From positions 11,296,001 to 11,360,000 of the forward strand of contig CP086569.2 in the NCBI GenBank assembly GCA_009914755.4: a stretch of 64,000 bases of DNA, given 5' to 3'. This DNA comes from the human T2T-CHM13v2.0 reference genome, Homo sapiens. Below are positions 39,303-56,600 of this stretch, in pieces. The notes below the pieces were generated by a model, which was not told the DNA's origin, made no database searches, and was given only the letters and a program-made list of their open reading frames with translations. Each line of letters begins with the position of its first letter. Position 1 is the first letter of the stretch. Both the position numbers and the translations under genes were made by a program.

Positions 39303-39818
39303 ACACACAGGGCAAGGTATGTTGAGAGGGGTACAGAACTTCCATGTCCTCTATTGTGCATGTTACCTTCCTGGTATCTCCCTTGTGTTCAGCAACCCAG
39401 ACATTCTCCAACTCCAGTTGTTGAGGGCGCTTATGAACGCTTCATTATGCAGGCATGATTGATGAAGTCATTGACCATTGGTGATTAAGTCAGTCTTCGG
39501 CCACTATTTCTTCCTGGAGCCCAGTGGGTGAGGCTGACAGTTCCAAGCCTCTAATCACATGGTTTGTTCTTCTGACAACTACCAGCCCTTTTTCTGAAGC
39601 TGTCTAGGAGCTTTCAGTCACCCAGTCATCTCAGTAACATCACCAAATCCATTCTTACTATGGTGATCCCAAAGGTATTAAAGGCTCCTGTGTTAGAAAC
39701 CTGCGACTAAGACCAAATATTGAAACAGAAGATGCCCCATCACCTTCATCACCAAGGCCTTTATAAGAACTTGAGAAGCTCTGTGCCAGGATGAGGGGCA
39801 GAAACCAAATGTGTATTT

Positions 39819-40271
<453 letters not shown>

Positions 40272-40632
40272 AATCACAAGAGGTCTTTATAAGTGAAAGA
40301 GGGAGGTAAGAGAGTCGGAATTGAAGGAGATTTGATGATGGAAGCACAGGTCACAGAGGGAGATTCGAATATGCTTTGCTTCTGGCTTTGAAGATGCAGT
40401 TAGGGGCCATGAGCCAAAGAATAGGGGTGGCTTTAGCAACTGGGAAAAGCAAGGGAACACATTCTCTCCAGAACCTCCAGAAGGGATGCAGTCCTGCTGA
40501 CACCTTGACTTTAGCCTTAATAGACCTATTTTGGACTTCTGGCCCCCAGACCTGTTAGGTAGTAGATTTGTGGTGTATTAAGCCACTAAATGTAGGGTAC
40601 TTTGCAACAGCAGCAAGAAGAAATGAACATGA

Positions 40633-40930
40633 AGCCAGGGGTGGTGGCCCACACCTATAATTCCAGCTATTTAGGAGGCTGAAGCAGGATGGTTGATTTG
40701 GCCCAGGGGTTCAAGATAAGCCTGGGCAACAAAGTGATACCCTGTCTACATGGAAAAGAATTAGTGGCTGTGGTGGTATGCACTTGTAGTCTTAGCTACT
40801 AGAGGCACTGAGGCAGGACGATTTCTTGACCTAGGAGCTCCAGGTCTCAGTGCATTGTGATCATGCCATTGCACCCCAGTCTGAGTGACACAGCGAGATT
40901 GTATCTTAAAAAAAAAAAAGAAAAAAGAAA
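40633..40930 (+). mobile_element. Alu element
   Basis: agccaggggtggtggcccacacctataattccagctatttaggaggctgaagcaggatgg...gcaccccagtctgagtgacacagcgagattgtatcttaaaaaaaaaaaag. Confidence 0.9.
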
Positions 40931-41550
40931 TGAGTGAGCATGGCAGGAATAGGAACAGATAGCAATATTAAATAGAGTGGTCAGGGTTGGCCTCCTAAGT
41001 GAAAATTGAGCAAAGACTTGAAGGAGGGGAAGGAGCTGGCCAAGGTACTGAGGGAAGGGCATTGTAGGCAGAAACAACAGAATAAAGATGCGAAGAGGGA
41101 ACTCCGTGGTGTGTCTGAAGCTCAGGAAAGAGGCCTGTGGAGCAGAGAGAGGGAGAGAAGTAGGGAAGGAGGCCAGGGAGTTGTTGGGTGCAGATCAGTA
41201 CAGATTGTGTAAGCCCTGGGAGGCTATTGCTGGGGCTTTGGCTTTTATTCTGTCTGAGATGGGAGATGCGGAAGGGTTCTGAGCAGAGAGGTGACACAAA
41301 TTGTCTACTGATTTAAAACCATCCCATGGTGGCTGAGTTGAGAAAGATTGTGGGAAGATTTGGGTAGAAGCAGGGAGGCCAAGCTATGGCAACCTCCAGG
41401 TGGGAGATGATAGTGGTTTTGACCAGGGTCCTGGCAATGGTGAGAGATGGTTGATTCTTGCTGAAATACTAAGTAATTAAAAAAAAAAAACAACACTACG
41501 GCTTTTCCCAGTTATATGAATATGGGATGCTGATTAAAGAAATCTTAAGT

Positions 41551-42000
41551 CGGGCCAGGTGCAGTGGTTTATGCCTGTAGCATCAGCTCTTTGGGAGGCA
41601 GAGATGAGAGAATTGTTTGAGTCGAGGAGTTTGAGTCCACCCTGTGCAACATAGCAAGACCTCCTCTCTATGCAAATAAAAATTAATAAAATGTAATTAT
41701 CCAAGCATAGTGGTATTTTCCTGTACAACCAGTTACTCAGGTTGTTGAAGTGGGCAGATCTCTTGAGAGAGGGAGTTTGAGGCCAGCTTGGGCAACATAG
41801 CAAGGCTCCTCTTTCTACAAAAAAATAAATAAATAAATAAATAAATAAATATTAGCTGGGTGTTTTGGTGATCATCTGTGGTCATAGCTATGGTGAGGCT
41901 GAGGCAGGAGGATCTCCGGAGCCCAGGAGGTCAAGGCTGCAGTTAGGTATGAGTGCACCCCTGCATTGCAGCCAGAGTGACAGAGTGAGACCCGGTCTCA
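41551..42000 (+). mobile_element. Composite Alu (Alu with a duplicated left-monomer-like arm and an (AAAT)n tract at 41822-41850), followed by a right arm
   Basis: gggccaggtgcagtggtttatgcctgtagcatcagctctttgggaggcagag... ...aaataaataaataaataaataaat... attagctgggtgttttggtgatc...gccagagtgacagagtgagacccggtctcag. Confidence 0.8.
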
Positions 42001-42406
42001 GAATACAGATACAAGTAAAGAAATCTCAACTCAGAGCAGTCTGTTTGTCACTATGCAGCCTTTGCAACCCCATAGCTGCGCGATTGGATTTGTGTTGCTG
42101 GAGGTGAGGAGACCTGTGCCCAGGTGTTGTTGCCTGTCTAATCAGTTTATTTTAAAATATATTAATGAAATTTATTTCATCATACTTTATGGTCTCATAC
42201 CTGAGTGGTTTTTTGAATTCTCCTTTGAATAGCTTGTAACTATTCAAACCTCTTATTGGTTCTATAATTAATTCTTTTTCTAATTAGCTTTTTAAAAATC
42301 AGAATTGATATTAGACTAATCAGTTGTTAATGAGGAGATGAAATTGAGTTGTTTGTACACTTTATCTAAGATAGTGTCATATTGGCTAACTCAAATCAAT
42401 AGTTGA

Positions 42407-42768
<362 letters not shown>

Positions 42769-42913
42769 CTCTTTTTTCAGTCTTTAATAAACTGCTGCCA
42801 TCATTTCAGACCACTTGCTATTTTAGGCAGTTAGAAATTTTTCACTGGAATTCATGTAAAGAAAGACCATGGGTGTTTGTACTGGATTTAGGATTCATCA
42901 TTCGACTGCATGA

Positions 42914-43695
<782 letters not shown>

Positions 43696-43768
43696 CATTT
43701 TTAAAATAATAACGTTATTGAAATATGATTAACGTATCATGCAATTCATTTATCAAAGTACACAATTC

Positions 43769-44075
43769 AGGCCAGGTGCAGTGGCTAGTTCCTATAACGC
43801 TAAGACTTTGGGCAGCTGAGGCAGGTGGATCGCTTGTGTTCAGGAGTTTGCGACTAGCCTGGGCAACATGGCAAAACAACATCTCTAGCAAAAATACAAA
43901 AATTAGCTGGGTGTGGTGGCTCATGCCTGTAGTCCCAGCTACTTGGGGACATGAGACTGGAAGATCACTTGAGACCAGAAGCCATAGGTTGCAGTGAGAC
44001 CAGATGGCACCACTGCACTACAGCATGGGTGACAAAAGGATACCCTGTCTTTAAATAACTAAAGAAAAAAAGAAA
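43769..44075 (+). mobile_element. Alu element
   Basis: aggccaggtgcagtggctagttcctataacgctaagactttgggcagctgaggcaggtggatcgcttgtgttcaggagtttgcgactagcctgggc...ctgggtgtggtggctcatgcctgtagtcccagctacttgggg. Confidence 0.88.
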
Positions 44076-44632
44076 GTATACAATTGAGTGGTTTTTAGAA
44101 TATTCAAGGAGCTGTGCATCCATCACCACAGTCTTTCTTAGAAGTGATTACCCACTTATGAGTTACCCATTTATGAGTGAGAAACCCTCACCTCTTAGCC
44201 ACTACCTCCTACATCCCCCATGTTCATAGGCAACCACTGATTTATTTTCTGTCATTGTAGTTTTGCCTAATCTGGACCTTTTATAGAAATAGAATTGTAT
44301 AATGTGTGATCTTTTGTAGTTTCCTTTTTTTTTCTCTTAGCAGAATGTTTTCAAATTTCTTTCATGTTATAGTGTTATCAGGATTTCTTTCCTTTTACAG
44401 CTGAGTAATAGTTTATGTTTATCCATTCATTAGTTGATGGACATTTGTGTTGTTTTTGCGTATTCACCATCATGAGTCAGGCTGCTATGAACATTCGTAT
44501 GTAAGTTTTAGTGGGAACATATATTTTTATTTCTCTTGGATTTACACTCAGGAGTGAAATTGTTGCATTATGTGATTATTATACATTTAGTCTTTGAGAA
44601 ACTGCCACGTTGTTTTTCAAAGTGGTTACACT

Positions 44633-44765
44633 GGTCAGGCACAGTGGCTCACACCTTTAATCTCAGGTATTTGAGACGCTGAGTTTGGAGGATTTTCTTA
44701 GCTCGGGAGTTAAGGACAAGCCTGGGAAACATAGGGAAACAATGTCTTGATTTTTTAAAAAAATC
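44633..44765 (+). mobile_element. Alu left-monomer (FLAM-like) fragment
   Basis: ggtcaggcacagtggctcacacctttaatctcaggtatttgagacgctgagtttggaggattttcttagctcgggagttaaggacaagcctgggaaacatag. Confidence 0.75.
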
Positions 44766-44862
44766 AAATGCCAGGAGAACACCCAAATTGATTACACCAT
44801 TTTATGTTCCCACCAGTAATATATGTGAGTTCCAATTATTCCAATTGTCACCAACTTTTTTT

Positions 44863-45150
44863 TTTTGAGACAAAATCTTGCTCTGTTGCCCAGGCTGGAG
44901 TGCAGTGACATGAACATGGCCAGTGCAGCTGTGACCTTCCAGGCACAAGTGATCCTCTCACCTCAGCCTCCTAAGTAGCTGGGACTTACAGGTGCATGCT
45001 ATCATGTGCAGCTGATTTTTACAGTTTTTGGTAGAAATGGGGTTCTGTCATGTAGCCCAGGTTTGTGTCAAACCCCTGAGCTCAAGTGATCTGCCTGCTT
45101 CAGCTTCCAGAAGTGCTGAGATTACAGTTGTGTGCCACCACACACGACTC
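44863..45150 (-). mobile_element. Alu element, minus orientation
   Basis: T-run followed by gagacaaaatcttgctctgttgcccaggctggagtgcagtgacatg...cagaagtgctgagattacagttgtgtgccaccacac. Confidence 0.88.
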
Positions 45151-45777
45151 GTGTAACCACTTTGGAAAGGAGCCACTGAGCTTGGCCTTCACCAGTATGT
45201 CAATATTTGTTAATATCGTTTTATTGTTTACAATTTTTCCATTTTTAAAAACTTATTCTTTTACCTGTATTATTGATTATAATAAACAATGAATAATTTT
45301 GTAGTAGAGTTGAGTCCCCCCAAAAAGTATTTATTGTTTAACTGAAGTAGTTTTTTTTAAACCTGGATATATATTTTTTCATTTTCACTCTATTTTTAGT
45401 GTTTATTTTTAAAAATTATTTATATGTATTTTTATTTTAATAGGTGTTTGAGAAACAGGTGGTGTTTGCTTCCATGAATAAGTTCTTCAGTGTTGATTTC
45501 TGAAATGTAGTACCCCTCATTACTCATTAAATTATATATTAAGTCATTATAAAATCATTAATAAACCAAGGACTTTAGTAAAATGGGAATTTTATTTTAA
45601 CTTGCAACCTGGGACGTAACTGTCAAAAAAATTAGAGAAATTACCACATTAAGGTTTTAAAATCTTGAACTGAAAAATGAAAACCTTGGTGCACCTAAGA
45701 ACCACCAGCCCACTGGTTAAGGTGAACAAAACTAAATGAAAAAATAAAACCAAGAAAACCAAACTCAGGATTATTAG

Positions 45778-46146
<369 letters not shown>

Positions 46147-47462
46147 TAATTTTATGTATATTCCATGTCAGAATACATCTTATTTTTGAATATTTGATGA
46201 CTTTAGGATACTATATTAACTCTTAATTGAATTAATACAAGTTTAGGTGTAAAGATGATGTTTATGTTGACAAAAATTATTAATGTTTTACATATATGAA
46301 AGTAACAATATCATATATTTTTCATACTTGTAGAATACTTTGAAATCTATTATTAGCTAATATTTTATATTCATTTTGGGTTTTCACATTATTGTTAGAT
46401 CCAGAGAAAAGTAACATTTTGTGAATACTCAAATCATAAACATTTTGCTGGATTCATTCATAGAGACTTTATTTAAAAAGTGCACTAATTGAAGTTTTAC
46501 ATCATTTTATGGTTCATCAAACACAGCAACTGAATACTGTCATATAGCAACATTACAGATGTTAGTCTAACATAAAACTCATAATACATTTTAAAAAGGG
46601 TAAAAGGAAGGGAAGGAAAAAGGATACAAGGCTGTAGAAAGATTTTAAAAACAAACGTCATATGAGCCTTTGCCTGGAGTTTCATATTTTGTGAAAAGCA
46701 GTTTGTAAGTAGAGGATTCGTAAGTGCACCTGGTACATGGCAGTGGCACAGACACAGCAGATAGTCAATAAAATGATCTTTAACTTCTGATCTAGGTTAT
46801 TTTTGTTGTTGTTCATGTATTAACCTGTGAAACTCAGCCAATAGATGGAGTGGCATTGACCTGTACGACTTCCAAGATCCCATCCAAACTTAGTGTGCTC
46901 TGAAGTTCTCCATAATTTATTGTCTGTTCCAACCAACATTCAGCATAAGCTACAGCTTATATTGTTAATAATCCTTCTATGTTTATGTGCTGATTTGCAA
47001 ATAAGTGGGCCTATATAGTCTTTATCTAGTGTTGGATTGGGGTCAAAAGTTTTATGAAATCATTGTTTTTAGTATACGTACAGATGGATAATTGTATAAA
47101 TAAGTACAGATGTGTATAAATGTGTGAGTATACATACATACATTTTCTAGCTCCTCTAACAAAAGGGCCTAGAAACAACATCATCCCAGTAACAATGAGA
47201 GCACCATTCTCCAATTAAAGGAACCAAGGCTCCTTGGGGACATATTTGATATCAGGATTGGGCAGGGAAAATACAAGATTAGTTTGAAATATTTTGTCAT
47301 GTTAGAAAGAAAGGAAACGCTCACAAAATGGGGAAAATGTGAAAAGGAAACAGAATCCACTTTGAATAAACTTCCATGGCCAAATTTGAGAAAATTGGGG
47401 CAATAAAATAAATAACAATAATAATATATTACAATCTACAGAAGAAAATTTTCAATTAATCC

Positions 47463-47874
<412 letters not shown>

Positions 47875-49418
47875 TCATAGTAATAATTGTTGCAAGAAAG
47901 AACCTTGGAGTGATGCTAAGATTAGTGGTGAATATATGTTGGGAAAGAACATTTTTGCATAATATGAAAGTATCTTCCCACAAGATAATTATAGAATAGT
48001 AACTTCAAAGTGGAGATGTCAACTTAGCCAAGTGATCAAAGTTAACATTACTAATAATAAGATAAATGAACTTCATGCAACTTCTTATATGATGCACTGA
48101 GTAGGACAAAACATCAATTCTATGGTATTCTTAGACAAAATGTATAACTTTAGTCCTAATCGTGAGAAAACATCAGACTAACTGAAATTGAGGAGGGACA
48201 ATTTACAAAATAACTGCCAGTATTCTTCAAAAGCATTTTAGAAAGACTGAGGAATTCGCCAGAGACATGGAGACATGTCAACTAAGTGCAATGGAGAACA
48301 TGCGTTGTATCATGAACCAGAGATGGACAACAGTAGGATATATACAATAACACCCCAACATTTGAACATTAAACAAAATGCTTCAGAAAAACCCATTGGT
48401 CAAGAAAAGTTTCACACACAAAAAAAAGTTTAAACTGAAAGAAAATTTTTTAAAAACTTAATAAAATGTGGGATGCAGATAAATCCTTTCTTAAAGGTAC
48501 ATTTATAGATGTAATATATTGAAAATAAAAGGCTTCAATCAATGACCTTTAGGTTCTTTTTTAAGAGGCTAAAAAAATGAGCAAAGTATATCCAAATTAA
48601 GAAGAAGGAAGATGATAAAGATAAAAATGTAAACCAACAACATAGCAAATAACAAAAGGTGGAGCTAATTAATATACCCACAAATTGGTTCTTTGAAAAA
48701 AATTTTTTAATAAACAATGGCTAGCAAGATTTATCTTGAAAAAAATTAGAGAAGCTACATAATGTAGATAATGGGAATTAAATAGAGGATGTAACTACAG
48801 AACCTACAGACATCAATATAATTATGAAAACTTTAGGCCAATACATTTGACAATTAAAATAACTGGGAAATTATTTGTAAAACTAATTCTTAAAACTGAT
48901 GCAAAATGAAATAGAAAAAGTAATAGCTTCTCTATGTATTGAAGAATTTTTTTAATTTAAAAAGATTTCTATAATTACAGTCTACATGGTTTCTTAGGTG
49001 AATTCTATCAAACATTTAAGAAAGTACAGAGAGTCCTCAACTTACGGTGGTTTGACTTGTGCTCTTCTGACTTGATAATGGTGCTTTCATCTGTGTACAT
49101 TAATGATGAGCATCAATATGACCAGTTTTTCACTATCAGTATAGTTTTCAATAAATTTCATGAGATACTCAATATTTTAAAATGGGCCTTGTGGTACATG
49201 ATTTTGCCCAATTGTAGGATAATGTAAATGTTCTGAGCAAGTTTAAGGTAGGCGAGGTTAAGTCATGATATTCAGTAGGTTAAATATATTAAATGCATTT
49301 TAGACTTACAATATTTTCAATTTAGGATGAGTTCATTAAGACATAAGACCATTGTAAGTTGAGGAGTATCTATAATATCAATCTTGAACAGACTCTTTTT
49401 AAGAAATAGAATTTAAGG

Positions 49419-49728
<310 letters not shown>

Positions 49729-51564
49729 AATCTAAAGGGACACTTCCTATCTTATTTTATGAACCCAGTATTGCCCTGATTCCAAATCGAGACAAAGGCT
49801 TTATTCAACTTTGATGTTTATCCCTCATAAACATAGACTCAAAAGTCCTTAAAACATAATAACCAATTGAATGTAGCAGTACATAGAATGGATAATAAAC
49901 TGAACAAATTAAATTTCTAGCAAGATTGCAAGTTTAATTTATTATTTGAAAGATCAGTTTAATCAATTTTATTCACCTGGATGGTTACATCTGGCAAAAC
50001 TCAGCAAACTGTGCACTTTAAAATAGGAATATTTATTTTATGTAAATTATGTTTGAATACAATTGATTTTTTTAAAAAAATGTTTCCCAGAGTGATCAAA
50101 GTGGACGGCAGGGAACAGTAAACATCAGTGCTTATGTTATAGCTACTAGAAGCCTCCCAATTCCAACGACATGTTTTCAAGCAGGTCTGATCCTTCCCCT
50201 GGAGGATACCTCTGACCCAGGTGTGCTACAAATGCATTGCCCATAGTTGCTTCTGTCACCTTAGTGATGGAAGTGACAAGAGGGTACTGGAGAAAGAAAA
50301 GGTGTACAGGGTTCCAAATGTACTTTCTCTTTCCAAAGGACCTTTGTGAAGCCAGAGGAAAGAGAACAAACAAGCTGCTAAATAAGTCACAAGTGTGTAC
50401 TCCTACAGTTTTGCGATTAACTAAATAGGACATTCAACAGATAAAGTTTGTTTTACATAGTTACTCCTCTGATAGGATGAACTTGTGGATTGTGAGATAG
50501 GGCTGATATAACCTGTTTTCTCTCTGCCTCTTTTTTTTCCCCCAAGTTTTGTGTGCAATACATTAGGAAAAATATAATTGGGCTATAAAGCTACAAAAAT
50601 GTCTTCCTGGCAGTTCCATGCTTGTTTCCATGTGGTGCCTATGTTTGGCATTGTGTTCTCATTTGCACTTTCCTACTTGATTAGTTAATGTATGAAGGAC
50701 AAGCCTGATCTCTACTGTGAATTTCTACCAAGATATTCTGGTAGAAAAATGAGTATGTAATGGTGCTGTGGAATGCTAAAGTGTGCAAAACATTAAGAAT
50801 CTAAAAATATGCTCATTTCCAAGTTTTGTCCCAGAGCAACTGTGCACTCTATATCGCTACTGCTATTTAAAGTTATCCATTTGCATGTCTAAAAAATAGA
50901 TTCATACTGATTGTCCCATTTGATCTCAAAAAACTCCTGAATGTGAGAGTCGTGATCAAGGGACGCTTCATGAAATGTTCCAAAGTTAAAGTGTGCAATG
51001 AAACCAGATTTATCATAGCTTTATTTAAAATAATTATTTCTAAAATTGTTGTTGTTTAATTATAAACTGTATCCTTTCAGGATACTTGGAAGATCCATAG
51101 CAGTGTTTTTATTTTCACAGAACAAGCATAAATTATTTATGAAATAATAACTCAGATACAGAGATTACTTCCTATTGGCCTTACATATGAATATAAATAA
51201 ATACATATTATGAACATGCACATACTTATTTTATAATTATGTAAATGTGTGTGTAATGTTATATATAAGTTCAATAAAGTCATGCTTATACATGGTTTCA
51301 ATTCATGCTTCTAAAAACCACTCAATGTAGTCATTATCATATGTTAATAAATAATCTCTGAAAATGTGCTTCTAGTAGTTGCACAATATCCCATCATAAA
51401 GATTGTCATGCTGTTTTTAAGTCATACTTTTGGGTATATAAGTTATATCTGATATTTTTCTGCTACATATATGCTATTATAAATCTATTAGTAGTTGATT
51501 TTCTGTGAACACATATGATTGTTTCCTCACAACAGTACAAGAGTTGGTTGTAACTTTATTTCCT

Positions 51565-53600
51565 TCCAACATTTATTTTAGGTTCAGCGGGTACATGTGC
51601 AGGTTTATTATATGGATAAAATGTGTGTCAATGGGATTTGGTGTACAGATTATGTAGTCATCCAGGTAGTGAGCGTAGTATCTAATAGGGAGTTTTTTTA
51701 TCCTCACTCTCCCCCCACCCTCCACCCACAGTAGACCTTGTGTCTATTGTTCCCTTCTTTGTGTCCATGTGGACTCAATGTTTAGCCCCCACTTATAAGT
51801 GAGAACATGCAGTGTTTGTTTGGTTTTCTGTTCCTGCATTAATTCACTTAGAATAATGGTATCCAGCTCCATTCATGTTGCTGCAAAATACATTATTTCA
51901 TCCTATTTTATAGGTGTGTAGTATTCCATGGTGTATGTACACTGCATTTTTTTAATCCAGTCTTCTGTTAACAGGCATCTAAGTTGATTCCGTGTCTTTG
52001 CTATCGTGAATAGTGTTATAATGAAAATATGCGTGCATATGTCTATGACAGAATGATTTATATTCCTTTGGGTATATACCCAGTGATGGGATTGCTGGGT
52101 TGAATGGTAGTTCTGTTTTAAGTTATTTCAGAAATCTCCAAACTGCTTTCCACAATGGCTGAACAAATTTACATTCCTGATGAAACTGGAGAGTTCCCTG
52201 ACTCCCCTTGGCAGGATGTGCAACAGGGGTGTGGCTTGTCTGCCCACTATGTGTGCTGTCAAACCCCTTATTGGGCAGGGGAACATGCAAACAGGCAGGT
52301 GCAATAGGCAGGGCAAGTGGCCATGGTACTGTCTAGGGGTGGGTGCCTGCGACTCCCACAGCCCAAGTGGGCATGTGTTACAGTGCACTCTTTTAGCTTT
52401 GCCATCCACAGGCGGCTTAAATGTTAACCTGTTCAGTGCCCTCTTGGTACCCAGTTCCTTGTCCAGCATCCAGAAGGAATTAAGTTGCACACAGACTTGA
52501 GGATGGTGAATGTGGGGGTTTTATTGAGTGGTGGAGGTGGCACTCAATGGGATGGATGGGGAGCTGGAAAGGGGATGGAATAGAAGATGATCTTCCCTGG
52601 GAGCTTTGCCATCCGGAGGCTGATCTCTCCAACCACTGCCAGCCAAACTCCTCTTGGCATTCAGATGCTCCTTCTCTTCTTTCTGCCACATCATTCTGCA
52701 ATTCTGCTCTTCTGTTCATCTCCTCATCTGCTTGTCTGCTTCTGGAGCCTGGGGTCTGGGACATATATGGGTACAGGACAGGGGGTGCATGCTGAGCTGA
52801 AAGACAACTTTTGGGTGCAAAAGCAGGAATGCCTGTTCCCATTTAGGGTGATGGGTTTCCAAGCTTGTGGGCAGGGCTTTGCCAGGGAACCACTCTCTTC
52901 TACCCAGTATTTCCCTGTCTCCTTTCTATATCACCACCAGCAGTGTATAAGCATTCCCTTTTTTTCCACAAACTCGGCACCGTCTGTTTTGTTTTGATTT
53001 TTTAATAATAGCCATTCTGACCGGTGTGATATGGTATCTCATGGTTCTGATTTTCTGATGATTAGTGATGTTGAATATTTTTTCATATGGTTGTTTGCCA
53101 CACATACGTTGTCTTTTGAAAAAAGAATCCACAGACGGCTTAAGTGTTAACCTGTTCAGTGCCCTCTTGGTACCCAAGTTCTTGTCCAGCATCCAGAAAG
53201 AAGTTGCACATGGACTTGAGGATGGTGAATGTGGGGGTTCATGTTCTTTGCCTATTTGTAGTGGGTTTGCTTTTTGCTTATTGATTCTTTATACATGCTG
53301 AGTATTAGACATTTTTCAGATATGTAATTTGAAAATATTTTCTTCTGTTCTGTAGGGTGTTCTCTGTTGATAGTTTCTTTTGCTGTGCTGAAGCTCTTCA
53401 GTTTCATTAGGTCCCACTCGTCAATTCTTCTTGTTGCAATTGCTTTTGGAATCTTCATCATGAAATCTTTGCCAGCGTCTATGTCCAGAATGATATTTCC
53501 TAAGTTATCTTCTAGGGTTTATATAGTTTTGGGTCTTACATAAGTCCTTCATCCATCTTGAGTTGATTTTTGTATATGGTGAAAGGAAGGGAGTGTACAT
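51565..53600 (-). mobile_element. 5'-truncated L1 3' fragment (3'UTR through ORF2 C-terminus) in antisense, interrupted by a ~740-bp insertion
   Basis: tttattttaggttcagcgggtacatgtgcagg (antisense L1 3' end) ...cccacttataagtgagaacatgcagtgtttg...ccaaactgctttccacaatggctgaacaaatttacattcctgatg | insert | ...ccattctgaccggtgtgatatggtatctcatgg...tcttacataagtccttcatccatcttgagttgatttttgtatatggtgaaaggaagggag. Confidence 0.9.
52210..52950. mobile_element. Unclassified ~740-bp insertion inside the L1 (probable LTR or other interspersed repeat); a ~110-bp piece of it re-occurs at 53128-53240
   Basis: L1 collinearity breaks at ~52210 and resumes at ~52955. 52410-52525 (acaggcggcttaaatgttaacctgttcagtgccctcttggtacccagttccttgtccagcatccagaagg...gacttgaggatggtgaatgtgggggtt) is repeated at 53128-53240. 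Confidence 0.5.
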
Positions 53601-53604
53601 GCCC

Positions 53605-56600
53605 CTGTGATATTGTTCCTAATATCCAGGTTGGGAGAGGATATTATACTCAATATTGCAGGAGGTGTCGACCACCCTGAATATTACTTTTAATATCCGG
53701 GGAGAGAGGGTGATATTACTCTCAATATCATCCTCTCCCACCACACCCTTCATAGTACAAACAATATCAAAGAGGGTCTGTGCAACACGTGCAATATTGG
53801 GAGTAATATCCTCCCCCAACATGGATATTAGAAACAGTATCACAAGGGGTTGTACACCACCTGCGATATTGGAGAGTACTATCATTTTCTTTCCCCATGG
53901 ATATTTAGAACAATATCACAAAGGCGGTGTACAACCCCTGCTATATTGGGAATAATACTGTACTTTCCCCACCTAGATATTAGGAACAATATCACGGGGG
54001 GTTATACACCACTGCATCATTGGGAGTAATATCATCCTTTCCCTCCCTGGATATTAGGAACAATACCTCATGGGTGTGTACACCCTGTTCCATATTGGGA
54101 TTAATATTTTCTCCCTTGCTGGACATAAGGAACAATATAACGGGGGGTATACACTCCTTATGATATTGCCAGTAATATTATAGACTCTCCCCAGGGATAT
54201 TAGAAACAGTATCAGAGAGGGGTGTACATCCCCTGTGATATTGGGAACATTCTTTCTTTCCCTGGATATTAGGAATAATATCACAAAGGTGTTGTATACC
54301 CCCCGTGACATTTTAATTAATATAATCTTCCCCACTGAATATTAGGAACAAATTCCCAGGGGGTTGTACACCACCTGCAATATGGACAGCTATATCATTG
54401 TCTCTCCCCTGAATATTAGGAACAGTATCACAAGGGGGTTGTACACCCCCTGTGATATTGGGAGTAACTTTATACCCTTTCCACATGGATATCAGGAACA
54501 ATATCACAGGGTGGGTGTACACCCACTGCGATATTGGGAGTAATATCATCCTCTACCCCCTGGGTATTATGAACAATATCATGGGGAGGGGGTGTATACC
54601 CTCTGTGATACTGGGAGTAATATCATCCTGTCCCCTCTGGATATTGGGAATGATATTACAGCGGGGCTGTACCTTTTCTGCACTATTGGGAGTGGTATCA
54701 CCCTCTCCCCCTATGGATATTAAGAACAATATCAAAAAGGGGGTGTACACATCCTGCGATATTGGGAGTAATATTGTCCACTCTTCCCCTGGATATTAGG
54801 AACAATATCACAGGTGGAGTGTACACCCCCTGCTATTTTACCTGTAATATTATTCTCTCCCAACCTGGATATTAGGAATAATATAACAGAAGGGGTGACA
54901 ACCACCTGTGATATTGGGAGTAATATCATTCTCTCCCCCCATGGATATTGAGAACAATATCACAGGAGCAGTTTACACCTCCTGCGACATTTAGAGTAAT
55001 ATCATCCTTTTCCCCCATGGATATTAGGAACAATATCGCATGGGAAGTGTACACCCCCACCATATTGGGAGTAATATTTTCTCCCTTGCTGGACATTAGG
55101 AACAATATCACGGGAATACACACCCCCTGTGTTATTGCCAGTAATATAGTAGTCTCCTCCCAGGATATTAGGAACAATATCACAAGGGGGGTGTACATGC
55201 CCTGTGATATTGGAAGTAATATCATCGACTCCCCCCACGGATATTAGTAACAATATCAGAAGGGGTGTACAACCCTTGCGATATTTATAGTACTATCATC
55301 CTATACCCCCTGGATATTAGGAACAATACCACGGGGGGGTGTATACCCACTGTGATATTGGGAGTAATTTCATCCTCTACCCCTTGGATGTTAGGAGCAG
55401 TATCACAAGGGGGGTGTGCACCCTCTGCGATATTAAAAATAATACCATTCTCTCCTCCTCTGGATACTAGGAATAATATCACAGGGCTGGTGTGCACCCT
55501 TTGCATTATTTGGAGCAATATCACCCTCTCCCCAACTTGATATTAGAGACAATATCATGGGGGGTGGCGTGTAACACCCTGCACTGTTGGGAGTAATATG
55601 ATCTAGTCTTCCCCTGGATATAAGAAACAGTATCACAGAAGGGGTCTACACCTCCAGAGATTTTGGGAGTAATATCATCCTCTCCAAATCTGGATATTAA
55701 GAACAGTATAATGGGGTGTGGGGAGTAATATGTTGGGAGTAATACAATCCTCCCCCCACTTGATATTAGGAACAATATCGCAAAACGTGTGTACAACCAC
55801 TGTGATATTTGGAGTAATATCAACATTTCCCCACCTGGTATCACGGGGAGAGTGTACACTCCTTACGATATTGGAAGTATCATTGTCTCTCACTCTCGAT
55901 ATTAGGAAAAATAGCACAGGATGTGTGTACACTCCCTGTGATTTTGGGAAGAACATCATACCCTTCCATCTTTGATATTAGGAACAATATCACAGAGGGG
56001 GTGTACAACTTCTGCGATATTGTAGTATTCTTTCTTCCCATGGATATTAGGAATGATATCCCGGGGGGCATGTTGTACAACTCCTGTGATACGGACAGTA
56101 ATATCATTGTCCTTCCCCCTACATATTAGGAAAAATATCACAAGGGGAGTGTACACCCCCTGGATATTAGAAACTATCACAGGGGAGCTGTACAACCTCT
56201 TTGATACTGTGAGTAATACCATTGTCTCCCCTCCTGGATATTAAGAACAATATCATAGGGTGGGTGTACACCCCCTGCAATATTGGGAATAACATCATCC
56301 TCTCTTCCCCGGGATATTAGGAACGGTATCACACGTGGGGTTTACACCCCCTGCAATTTTGTCAGTAATATTACTTCTGGATGTTATTGAATATATCACA
56401 GTGGGGGTGTACACCCCCTGTGATATGGGGAGTAATAGCATCCTCTTTCCCACTGGATACTACAAACAATATCGCAGGTTGTGTACAACCTCCTGTGATA
56501 TTGTTCACAATATTTAGGTGAGGAGAGGATGATATTACTCCACATATTGCAGGGAGTGTTACATCCCCTGTAATATTGTTCATAATATTTAGAAGAGGAC

